DNA from: Acidobacteriota bacterium
Lineage (GTDB): Bacteria > Acidobacteriota > UBA6911
Direction of reading: 5' to 3'
Length of the DNA: 64,000 nucleotides
NCBI GenBank assembly: GCA_965249005.1
Contig: CBDFLD010000023.1
Location: 559,219-623,218, forward strand
The position numbers and the translations under genes were made by a program. A model generated the notes under the pieces. It saw only the letters and a program-made list of their open reading frames with translations. It was not told the origin of the DNA and did not search any database. Numbering within the stretch: position 1 is the first letter of the stretch; every line of letters begins with the position of its first letter. Below are positions 26,965 to 35,724 of the stretch, piece by piece.

Positions 26965-28097
26965 TGGCAAAGTTGAAGCTGAGCTTCCCTTCCTATCAGC
27001 AACCGAGCATGGTCACCTTCGGAAGCGGCTCGATCCGCACCCTGGCGGAATGCGCCCCGCTGAAGGATAGCGCGATCTTCCTCAGCGGCCGGGAGGAGGT
27101 CCGCAACGTGGTTGAGCGGAGCTTGAGCAAGCGTGGCATAGACCTCGGAGATGCTCCCGTACTCGTCAAGCCCGCCGGAGAGCCGACGCTCGAAATGGTG
27201 AAATTGGGTGCAGCTTTCCTGAAAAAGCAACCCTTCCAGCGAGTGATCGGGATCGGGGGCGGCTCCGTGATGGACTGGTGCCGGTTGTCGTGGGCCGAGT
27301 CGGAAGAAATCCTCAAATTCGATGGCCAGCGCGCGCTGGTCGAAGGATCGGCGCCGAGAACCACGGAGCTGTGGCTGGTTCCCTCGACCTGCGGGACAGG
27401 CGGAGAAGCAGCCAATATTGCGGTCTTCAGCCACGAAGGCCGGAAGATCCCGGCCGTCTCACGGGCGTTCGTGGCAGACCGTGTCGTACTCGACGGCCAA
27501 TTTCTCTCGAGCGTCGGCCCGGCCGTCCTGGCCAACTCCCTTTGCGACGCTTTGAGCCATGCGATCGAAGCCTATGTGTCGATCCTTCCCTGTCCGCTGG
27601 CCAAGGAAGCAGCCGTATCGGCGCTGACGCTCATCTTCCGGCACTATACGGATGGCAGCCCGTCGCGAAACGACCGTCTGATGGAGGCAGGCTACCTTGG
27701 CGGGGTCGCCGCCGCCAACTGTTCGGTTGGGGCGATTCACGCTTTTGCTCACACAATCGCCGCATACGGCGTCTCCCACGGTCATGCCAACGCCCTCGGT
27801 CTCATTGCCGGCGTTTACTCCAATCAAGATGTGCCCGCGATGCAAGCACTCCTTGGCCGCTGCGGAGCCAGAACCATCGACGAGTTCATTGACCAGCTGC
27901 GGCCAATTGTCCAGACCGCGCTGTCGCGCGACCGCGACATGGAGCTGCTCCAAGCGCTCCGCGACCAATCGGCTCTGCGTCTGGTCAGCGAGCAGATGTC
28001 CGCGGACGTTTGTATGCGTTCGAGCCCCAGAGCGTTGGAACCGAAGGAAGTGCCGACCTTCCTGGAAAAGGTAGCCGAAACGGTCGAATGCCTATGA
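26964..28097 (+). CDS. iron-containing (group III) alcohol dehydrogenase / DHQS-like superfamily
   Basis: GIGGGSVMDW glycine motif, CDALSHAIEAYVS and HAFAHTIAAYGVSHGHANA metal-binding His cluster typical of Fe-ADH. 377 aa. Confidence 0.6.
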   Translation: MAKLKLSFPSYQQPSMVTFGSGSIRTLAECAPLKDSAIFLSGREEVRNVVERSLSKRGIDLGDAPVLVKPAGEPTLEMVKLGAAFLKKQPFQRVIGIGGGSVMDWCRLSWAESEEILKFDGQRALVEGSAPRTTELWLVPSTCGTGGEAANIAVFSHEGRKIPAVSRAFVADRVVLDGQFLSSVGPAVLANSLCDALSHAIEAYVSILPCPLAKEAAVSALTLIFRHYTDGSPSRNDRLMEAGYLGGVAAANCSVGAIHAFAHTIAAYGVSHGHANALGLIAGVYSNQDVPAMQALLGRCGARTIDEFIDQLRPIVQTALSRDRDMELLQALRDQSALRLVSEQMSADVCMRSSPRALEPKEVPTFLEKVAETVECL

Positions 28098-29536
28098 AGA
28101 TTGCGACCCAGGAAGCGACAACACTCGATGCCATCGAGTCGGTCGACGGGACGGCCCTCGCACTGGTCGATAACTCAGATAGCCTTAGCTACGGGCAGAT
28201 GCGAGGCGCGGCGCGGCAGATAGCCTCACGGGTGCAGGAGCGTTACGGAACGGAGCAGTACATTCTCGTCCGGGCGACATCGGACGTGTGGTTCGTCACG
28301 TCGCTACTGGGCATCCTCTACAGCGGCAACACCCCCATCCCGGTGGACGAGCAAGCGCCGCTCTCCTCATTGAGCTATATGAAGGACAAGGCCGGAGCTG
28401 TCGACGTCATCGCTCCACTCCGCCCCGGCGAATTCGAGGCTCTCCCACCAACGTTCGAGCCCAATGACTCCAGGCCAGCCCTGATCCTTTTCACCTCCGG
28501 CACCACGGGTTTTCCAAAAGGTGTCATAATCTCTCATCAGAACCTCAGCCATTCCTGCCGCGCGATATCGAGCTATCTGGGTTACCCCGAACACCCCTCC
28601 GCGGCCGTCGTGCTCCCGTTGCACTACAGCTACGCGCTGCTGTCTCAGGTATGGTGCCAACTCTCGATCGGCGGATTGGTTCGTCTTTTTTCGAACTTCA
28701 AGAACCCCATCAAATTCAGTCGCGTCGCCAACGAGATGGGGCTGGAGACGTTCTGCGGCGTCCCGGCCACCTACAATGCCCTGGCGACGATTCACCACAT
28801 GAGCCCAATCGAGATGCCCGGCTTCCGGGTGCTCTGCTCCGCCGGAGCCGCCATGGACCGAAGCAAGTTCGGCGATATCAAGAAGATCTTCCCCAACGCC
28901 GTTTTCTTCAACAACTATGGCATGACGGAAGCCGCTCCACGGATCTCCTACATCCGTGAGGACGATCCCCGTTTCTTCGAGCCCACCTGCGGGCACCCCA
29001 TGGATGGGGTCCAGGTCAAGATCGTAGATCCCGAGACTCACGTGGATCTACCCGACGGCGAGCCTGGGATGCTGGTCGTCCGGGGGCCCAACATCACCCC
29101 TGGGTACCTGAACGACGAGAAGATCACGCAAGAGTCTTTCACCGCAGACGGGCATCTGATTTCCGGTGATGTCGCCTACAGCGAGAACGGCTATTTTTTT
29201 ATTTGCGGGCGTCACGACGACATCTTCAACGTGGGAGGAGAGAAAGTAGCTCCCCTCGAGATCGAGCGAGCGCTGCACAAGAACTCTGCCATTGAGGCCG
29301 CCGCCGTGAGCGGCCTGGCCGACGAGGCACGAGGGAAAATCCCGGTGGCCTTTCTGAAGTTGAAACAAGCCGCCTCGAGGCGAGACATCATGGGCGCGCT
29401 CGACGGCGAGCTGCCTCCGGTAAAGATCCCACAACGCTACTTCGAGGTCAGTGGTTTTCCCGTGACCTCCAATGGAAAGATACAGAGACGCAAGCTTTCC
29501 GTGGACGATTCCTTTGTCATCCGGGAGATTGTTTGA
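28088..29536 (+). CDS. AMP-dependent synthetase/ligase (acyl-CoA/acyl-ACP synthetase)
   Basis: LFTSGTTGFPKGV AMP-binding motif, YGMTE, and GDVAY...GR.DD..NVGGEKV.P.EIE C-terminal core. Confidence 0.65.
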   Translation: MPMKIATQEATTLDAIESVDGTALALVDNSDSLSYGQMRGAARQIASRVQERYGTEQYILVRATSDVWFVTSLLGILYSGNTPIPVDEQAPLSSLSYMKDKAGAVDVIAPLRPGEFEALPPTFEPNDSRPALILFTSGTTGFPKGVIISHQNLSHSCRAISSYLGYPEHPSAAVVLPLHYSYALLSQVWCQLSIGGLVRLFSNFKNPIKFSRVANEMGLETFCGVPATYNALATIHHMSPIEMPGFRVLCSAGAAMDRSKFGDIKKIFPNAVFFNNYGMTEAAPRISYIREDDPRFFEPTCGHPMDGVQVKIVDPETHVDLPDGEPGMLVVRGPNITPGYLNDEKITQESFTADGHLISGDVAYSENGYFFICGRHDDIFNVGGEKVAPLEIERALHKNSAIEAAAVSGLADEARGKIPVAFLKLKQAASRRDIMGALDGELPPVKIPQRYFEVSGFPVTSNGKIQRRKLSVDDSFVIREIV

Positions 29537-29537
29537 A

Positions 29538-30617
29538 ATGTTCTTGGACCGCGTGGCTCCCTACGGCTTGGATCCCGACCAAAAGCACTCCTATCTGTCC
29601 GGCCAGCTTCAGGCACTGCTCGAACATCACGAGAAGATGTGCGCGCCCTACGCCAACATCGTAGGGGACTGGCGGAAACATGATCAGACGGATCGAAACC
29701 AGATCGAGGACTACCCGTTTATTCCCGTCACGATCTTCAAGGAATATGACCTGAGATCGACCCAGGGGGAGGTCATGAGCCTTCAATCCTCGGCCACGAC
29801 TTCCGGCAACGCCTCAAAGATATACGTCGACAAGCCAACCCGGAAGCGCCAGACCATCTCAGCCAACAGAGTCCTGTCCAGCTTCGTCGGGAACGAGAAG
29901 CGTCCCTACCTGGTCTTCGACAGCGAGTCTACGGTTCGCGGAAGCGCCTCCATGGGGGCTCGCGGGGCTGCAATCCTGAGTCTGGCCCATCTCGCATCCG
30001 AATTTCATTTCATCGCCAGGGAGGAAGGCGGGCAGTTGTCTCTGGACGTCGACGCACTGGACGGTGCCCTGCAACGGATCGGACAAGAACCCTTCATTGC
30101 GTATGGGTTCACCTACATCCTGTATCAGATGCATCAGGAGCTTGCCCGCCAGGAACGGACGCTCCCGGTCGCCCATCCAGACTCGATGCTGCTGCACAGC
30201 GGGGGCTGGAAACGGCCGATTGATCTTGCGGTGGACAAGGAGACCTTCAATCGAACGATCTCCTCCGTATGGGGCCTTCGCGAGGAACAGGTGATCGACT
30301 TCTACGGTGCCGTCGAACAGATCGGCGTCCCGTATCCCGACTGTGCCGAGGGTTACAAGCATGTTCCATACTGGGCGGAGATCATCATTCGCAAGAGCGA
30401 CACACTCGAGCCTGCCGGGATTGGGGAAACCGGATTGATACAGCTGCTGAATTGCCTCCCCCTGTCGGCGCCCAACCACAGCGTCTTGACCGAAGACCTC
30501 GGGCAGTTGAGTCTCCTGGACGGATGCCGGTGTGGGCGACGAGGCAAGGCATTCGTTTTCATCGGCAGGGCTCCGCGCTCGGAGACGAGAGGATGCAGTG
30601 ACGTCACAAGACACTGA
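29538..30617 (+). CDS. LuxE-like acyl-protein synthetase
   Basis: 360 aa with a LuxE-family (PF04443-like) architecture: N-terminal YPFIPVTIFKEYDLRS...SSATTSGNASKIYVD and ACS-like C-terminal half. Follows the AMP ligase by 1 nt. Confidence 0.5.
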   Translation: MFLDRVAPYGLDPDQKHSYLSGQLQALLEHHEKMCAPYANIVGDWRKHDQTDRNQIEDYPFIPVTIFKEYDLRSTQGEVMSLQSSATTSGNASKIYVDKPTRKRQTISANRVLSSFVGNEKRPYLVFDSESTVRGSASMGARGAAILSLAHLASEFHFIAREEGGQLSLDVDALDGALQRIGQEPFIAYGFTYILYQMHQELARQERTLPVAHPDSMLLHSGGWKRPIDLAVDKETFNRTISSVWGLREEQVIDFYGAVEQIGVPYPDCAEGYKHVPYWAEIIIRKSDTLEPAGIGETGLIQLLNCLPLSAPNHSVLTEDLGQLSLLDGCRCGRRGKAFVFIGRAPRSETRGCSDVTRH

Positions 30618-31881
30618 GATTACGACTGCAGGCCCTAAAGGACCCGCCAACGGAGATCAATCCTACTCCGCTCTGCTCAGCGGACTGGGCGAGCGGCGGG
30701 AATCACCCAAAGCTCTATCGTTCGATGAGCGCCTCGCGGTGCTGGATGCCTTTTCCGACGCATTGCTGGAGCGAGGAAACACACTGATCGGGGCGCCCTT
30801 GCCCGGACTCCCTTTTCTGGCAGGGTTCCTGCGGCGCTCCAATCTCGAGAAGCTGGTATCCCGCCAGATTCCCAATCCGGAAGCGCTGCGTCGTTTTTGT
30901 TCCGTGGGCGAGCGCAAGAGTTTGCGTCTGGTCCCCAGGGGGATCGTCTGTCATTGGATCGCCGGCAACGTGCCGCTTCTGGGTATGTTCTCATGGGCCC
31001 TGAGCGCCTTGGCTGGAAACCTCAACGTCATTCGTCTCAGTACACGGCAGGACGACTTCATTACTCCGATCCTGAGTCACGTCGCGGAGCTATCCGAGGG
31101 CGGAAAACAGATGGTCGAGGAGACCGTGGTACTGCGTTTCGAGCGAGACAACCTCGCGGCACACGAGGACATGAGTAATATGGCCGACGTCCGCATTGCC
31201 TGGGGGGGACAGGAAGCTGTGGAAGCGATACGGGCGCTTCCGTGTCGCTGGACCTGCGAAGACATCGTTCTTGGCCCCCGAGCCAGTCTCGCGGTCGTCG
31301 ATCCGGCCCTGATGACGAAGGGAACTCTTTCCCGACTGGTGACCGATATCGTATTCTTCGATCAACTCGCGTGCAGTTCGCCTCAGTTGCTCTTCGTTCG
31401 CGGACGACCAGGAGAAAGCTCGTTTGATTCGTTTTTCGAGAGTTTCTGCGCGGCCTTCGCCACGCAATCCACGGCCATCCCGCGTCATCCACTTGATTTC
31501 GCGGAGACCTTTCAGATCCAGCTCGATCGAACCCGAATGTTGCTCGATCAGGGCAAGCTGTCTCGCGATCGACGCACCCAATGGACGGTTGCGGCCCGGG
31601 AGCAACCCCTGGGCTCGGTCGTCTGCGCCAACCGCTTCATTCAAGTGATTCCCGCGAGTCGATGGCAGGACGTGACGCGCCATATTCCCAACAACGTCCA
31701 GACCATCGTGACCTTGCTCTCCAAACAGGAGCACGAGCAGTTTACCGAGGAGGCGTCTCACCACGGGGTCTGTCGTTTTCCCCGACCCGGGGAGGGAAAT
31801 AATTTCGAAGATCCCTGGGATGGCGTGGCTCTGCTGGCCCGTCTCTGCCGCTGGGTGATCCGCAGCGACCCAAGAAGCTGA
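30598..31881 (+). CDS. LuxC-like acyl-CoA (acyl-protein) reductase
   Basis: LuxC family (PF05893-like): VCHWIAGNVPLLGMFSWALSALAGNLNVIRLS and an aldehyde-dehydrogenase-like fold. No ATG start; candidates are GTG 30598 or GTG 30532. Confidence 0.5.
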   Translation: MTSQDTEITTAGPKGPANGDQSYSALLSGLGERRESPKALSFDERLAVLDAFSDALLERGNTLIGAPLPGLPFLAGFLRRSNLEKLVSRQIPNPEALRRFCSVGERKSLRLVPRGIVCHWIAGNVPLLGMFSWALSALAGNLNVIRLSTRQDDFITPILSHVAELSEGGKQMVEETVVLRFERDNLAAHEDMSNMADVRIAWGGQEAVEAIRALPCRWTCEDIVLGPRASLAVVDPALMTKGTLSRLVTDIVFFDQLACSSPQLLFVRGRPGESSFDSFFESFCAAFATQSTAIPRHPLDFAETFQIQLDRTRMLLDQGKLSRDRRTQWTVAAREQPLGSVVCANRFIQVIPASRWQDVTRHIPNNVQTIVTLLSKQEHEQFTEEASHHGVCRFPRPGEGNNFEDPWDGVALLARLCRWVIRSDPRS

Positions 31882-31925
31882 GCGAGAGTCTCTCGCGAAG
31901 CATTTCCAATACGAGGAGCTCGATC

Positions 31926-33053
31926 GTGAGCCGTGACGCCAACCTCACCATGGAACCGGAACCGAAAGAGACCCGAAAACGCAAGGGCCTCTTTTTTTAC
32001 GATGCGTCCCTGGAATCGGAGATCTTCGCGCTTCAGGAAAGCGTCTATCCCCAGAGAAGAAAGGACTGGATCGCGCCCCGCTGGCGCTGGATGTTTGTCC
32101 GTTCGGCCGAACGATTGGGAATCCGACCTCTGGTCTGTGTCTATCGTAACGCCTCGGGGGTGGTGGCACATCAGGGAGTGATTCCCGTCAACCTGAGAGT
32201 GGCCGGATCGGAGCATTCCACGGGTTGGTTCGTCGAGACCATGACTTCGGACGCAGTCCGTGGAAAGCCGATCGGTCCGACGGTCATCCAGAAGACCCTG
32301 GAGTCGATACCGTTTAACCTATCCCTGGGCCAAACAGCGCAGATGCGCTCGATACAGTTCGCTCTTGGCTGGGAGCAGGTGGCGCCCCTCGAACATTACG
32401 CCCTCATCCTCAATGCCCGAAATGTGTTGCGCGGAAAGGGAATCCCCGCATTGAGCCACCTGGCACCCCTGGGGATGGGAGCAATGCAGGGCCTTCGACG
32501 ACGCCTGGGTAGACGCCGGCTGGACTGGTGCCCCTCGACCGAGGAAGTGGACCGCTTCGACTCACGCCACGATCTGCTCTGGGAGCGCGCGCGTGACGAG
32601 CATGCGTGTTCGGTCGTGCGGGATTCCTCATATCTCAACTGGAAGTACGTCGATCAGCCCGGTCAGGAATTCATTCGTCTGGAGGTCCGGAAGCGAGACG
32701 AGGTGGTTGCCGTTGCCGTCCTGCAAATCCTCGAGTCGTCTCCGGCCTATGGGTACCGGCGGGGATTCGTAGTCGATTTGATTACTTCCTTCTCGACCCC
32801 GGATACGGTGTGGGCTGCGCTGGAGGCAACCGCACAGGCTTGTGAAGAGCGGAAAGTCGACCTGCTCACTTTCTATTTGATAAGCGCGAAACTAGCCGCC
32901 GCGGTCCGAAGCTTTGGATTCTTTCGCCGAGAACCGACACGGGTCTTTCTGGTTGCTCCCGGAGACCTTTCCCAGCAGATGCGTGAGACGGTCCTGTCGC
33001 CCGAAAGCTGGTTGATCACAATGGGCGATTCCGATATCGATCGTCCCTGGTAG
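31926..33053 (+). CDS. FemAB/CelD-like GNAT-superfamily acyltransferase
   Basis: 375 aa; GTG start 7 nt after an AGGAG RBS. The C-terminal half has a GNAT-like fold (RRGFVVDLITSF...LLTFYL) resembling the BioF2/FemXAB-like acetyltransferases common in EPS clusters. Confidence 0.45.
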   Translation: MSRDANLTMEPEPKETRKRKGLFFYDASLESEIFALQESVYPQRRKDWIAPRWRWMFVRSAERLGIRPLVCVYRNASGVVAHQGVIPVNLRVAGSEHSTGWFVETMTSDAVRGKPIGPTVIQKTLESIPFNLSLGQTAQMRSIQFALGWEQVAPLEHYALILNARNVLRGKGIPALSHLAPLGMGAMQGLRRRLGRRRLDWCPSTEEVDRFDSRHDLLWERARDEHACSVVRDSSYLNWKYVDQPGQEFIRLEVRKRDEVVAVAVLQILESSPAYGYRRGFVVDLITSFSTPDTVWAALEATAQACEERKVDLLTFYLISAKLAAAVRSFGFFRREPTRVFLVAPGDLSQQMRETVLSPESWLITMGDSDIDRPW

Positions 33054-33095
33054 GACCGTGGTAAAACCGTCGTAAAACCGGGAACGTCCCTTTCT

Positions 33096-35659
33096 TCATC
33101 GGAAGTTCTCAATAAGCATGATGTCTGAGCTCACGGTCATGTCGCTAAAGGCGTAGTAGATCCACTTCTCATTGGCGGTCACAGCGATACTTCCTGTCGA
33201 GAGTTCTACGGACCCTGCCTGTCCATACACTTCCTTTTTTTCTTTCGTGTTCAAATCCAGATAGTGAATCGAGAACCCTCCTCCACGCCTATTCTTCCCG
33301 TAGTAGAGTCGATCCCCCACGATATCGAACCCACCAGCGCCAACTACTCTTTCTTCCAGGATTGGCACCTCCTGGCCACCCTCAACAGGAACGCGCCAAA
33401 TATTTTGGTCCTTCTGATAGTAAAGGTACTGTCCAGCTTTCGATGCACGGGGCCGGCCGCCTCCGTCTTGTGTCACCTGTCTAGCTCCTTCTCCCTCGGG
33501 AGACATCCTCCAGATTTGCCCGGTACCGCTACGACCCGAGTTGAAATAGATCCAGCGACCATCATGGGACCAACTCGGACTACCGTCGGATTCAGGATTG
33601 TTGGTCAGACGTTTCGGCTCTCCTCCTTCGGCATCCACGACGTAAACTTCAGAGTTGCCCTCGATAATCGAGGAAAACGCGATCCTTTGGCTGTTGGGAG
33701 ACCAATCGGAGCGGTCACTGATTTGGCGCAACCGGGTCAACTGAAAGGGTTGACCCGAGCCATCCGCGGGGGATGTCCAAATCTCGGCATTCCCGAACCT
33801 GTCCGATGTGAAAACGATCTTCTGGCCATCAGGGGACACCCTCACTTTGTAATCTCCGTACATCGGATTCGTGCGGATGATTGTTGCGGGTCCCGCTTTT
33901 TTTGTAGTCTGGGTTGTTTGGACCGGAGACGCGCCATATGTCAGCTCCCTCCGATCGAAGATCGACGTACACCAGACGGTCCTCACGGACACACGGGCAG
34001 AACGCTCCAATCCCGACACCACAGACGACTCTCGGCTTTCCGCCCTTGACCGATATTCGATAAAGGCGCGGATGACGAAGACCTCCATCTGTCGCTGCTG
34101 AGAAAATGATCTCTCGTCCGTCGTGTGTCCAGGTCGGGCAATCGAGTGAAAAGTATTGTTCAGAAGTTACGGGCTGGGGGTCGCCGCCTTCCACCGATTG
34201 GACCCAAAGGTCATTAACAGCCATGGCTGTTCCCCCGTTGCGAACAAAAGCCACCTGCGTTCCATCCGGCGAAAACGAAGGCCAGTAATCGCCCAGCGTC
34301 GATGTAGCTTGAGGATCTGTCAGGGGTTTTCTATCCCTGTTTTGCAGGGAGATCAGGACGATTCGGCGGCGTCCGTCTTCTGGGGACTTCTCTGCCTTGG
34401 CGATCCACTTCCCGTCCGGCGACCAGGAGATGGGTCCGTTCACATCGACGAAATGAAAACTTCCGGATACATGCTTCCCTAGCACGTCCGTGACTTTCTG
34501 CGGCTGCCCTCCCAAGGAGGGGATGGTGTAGAGCGTTGCCTTCGTCTCGGTATCCCGAACAAAAGCGAACTGTGTGCCGTCCGGGGACCAAGCTGCCCAT
34601 CCTTCGGCCTCCGGACTACTGACCACAGGGAGCGTTGCCGTTCCCTCGCCGATCTGCGTGACGTAGATATCCCAGTCGTTACTGACGCCTCTCGCGCCGT
34701 AGAGAATCTGGTTGCCGTCGGGCGAAAGCTGTGGAAACCTTTTCTCTCCCCCGTCAGTCGTAATGGGTCTGATCTCGGCGGGCTCTGCGGGAAGATCCAC
34801 AACCGTGTCCGTCTCGGGCCAGTAGTAGATTCCGGCAGCTACGGCAGCCAGTACAACCAAAGCCCCACCTATCCACAGTGCTGCTCCCAGACGCTTCTTG
34901 GGTCTTGTCTCTACCTCATACCGCGGTATCGATACTCCAGTCAAAGAATCGCGCTTCAGCCTCCTCAGATCTGCGAGGAGATCCTTTGCCGACTGATACC
35001 TCAGCTTCGCATCCTTCTCCAGGGCCTTCTCGATCAGCCCCACCACGTCATCCGGTAACTCCGGCTTGATCCGTACAAGCGACACCGGCACCTTCGTCAG
35101 GATCTCGTTGAACACTACGCCTGTTGTATTTCCCTTGAAGGGTTGCGTCCCCGTCGCCATCTCGTACAACACCACCCCAAAAGAAAACAGATCCGTCCGA
35201 GAATCGAGATCTTGTCCTTTCACCTGCTCCGGTGACATATACGCTGCCGTCCCTACCGTCGATCCCGGACTCGTCAGATAGGTCTCTGTCGCCGTGGATG
35301 CAGAGTCCGACGAGGTTTCCGTCGACTTAGCCAAGCCAAAGTCCAGGATCTTTACCTGTCCACGTTCGGTGATCCTTCAGGGTCTGCCCTTCCAGATACT
35401 GCATCGTGATGAAGGGTTGACCCTCGTGCTCTCCAATATCGTAGATGGCGCAGATATTGGGGTGATCCAGTGCGGAAGCTGCGCGTGCTTCACGCTGGAA
35501 CCGTTCCAGGGCATGGCGGTCCTTGGCCAAGCTTTCTGGCAGAAACTTCAAGGCGACATGACGGCCCAGGCGGGTGTCTTCGGCTTTGTAGACCACACCC
35601 ATGCCTCCACCGCCAAGTTTGTCCAGGATTCTGTAATGGGAGATCGTTTCGTCGATCAT
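33096..35659 (-). pseudogene. Ser/Thr protein kinase - TM - TolB/PD40 beta-propeller, paralog 1 (disrupted)
   Basis: N-terminal [39 protein letters not shown]. Relative to the intact paralog at 46233, a 128-bp deletion (~35330-35345) removes the HRDIKPAN catalytic loop. A +1 frameshift in the T7/A7 run 33897-33903 splits the propeller. Confidence 0.55.
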
Positions 35660-35724
35660 GGTCGTAGGCGCAGTGTCGCTCACGGATAGAGCGACCTACA
35701 GGTGTCCTGAGATTCGTATGAAGA

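Noticed and set aside
26964-28097. Sedoheptulose-7-phosphate cyclase (EEVS/DDGS-type) identity for the DHQS-like protein, which was tempting given the transketolase genes upstream
   Set aside because: The DALSHAIEAY and HAFAH...HGH signatures fit group III iron alcohol dehydrogenases better than sugar-phosphate cyclases, and the LuxC-like neighbour provides an aldehyde substrate. Not fully excluded without a profile search.
512-32638. Numerous 60-375-aa ORFs antisense to, or out of frame with, the annotated genes (e.g. 529-1032 -, 4595-5395 -, 14726-15454 -, 15807-16826 -, 17041-18168 -, 18903-19712 -, 26853-27434 -, 27459-27968 -, 29859-30650 -)
   Set aside because: They are embedded in genes with clear homology on the other strand or frame. 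Their translations are Arg/Pro/Ser/Gly-rich and low-complexity, typical of high-GC shadow ORFs.
33054-33095. Direct 9-bp repeat GTAAAACCG x2 between the converging GNAT and STK pseudogene ends
   Set aside because: Too short and isolated to call a functional element. It is a plausible chance repeat.
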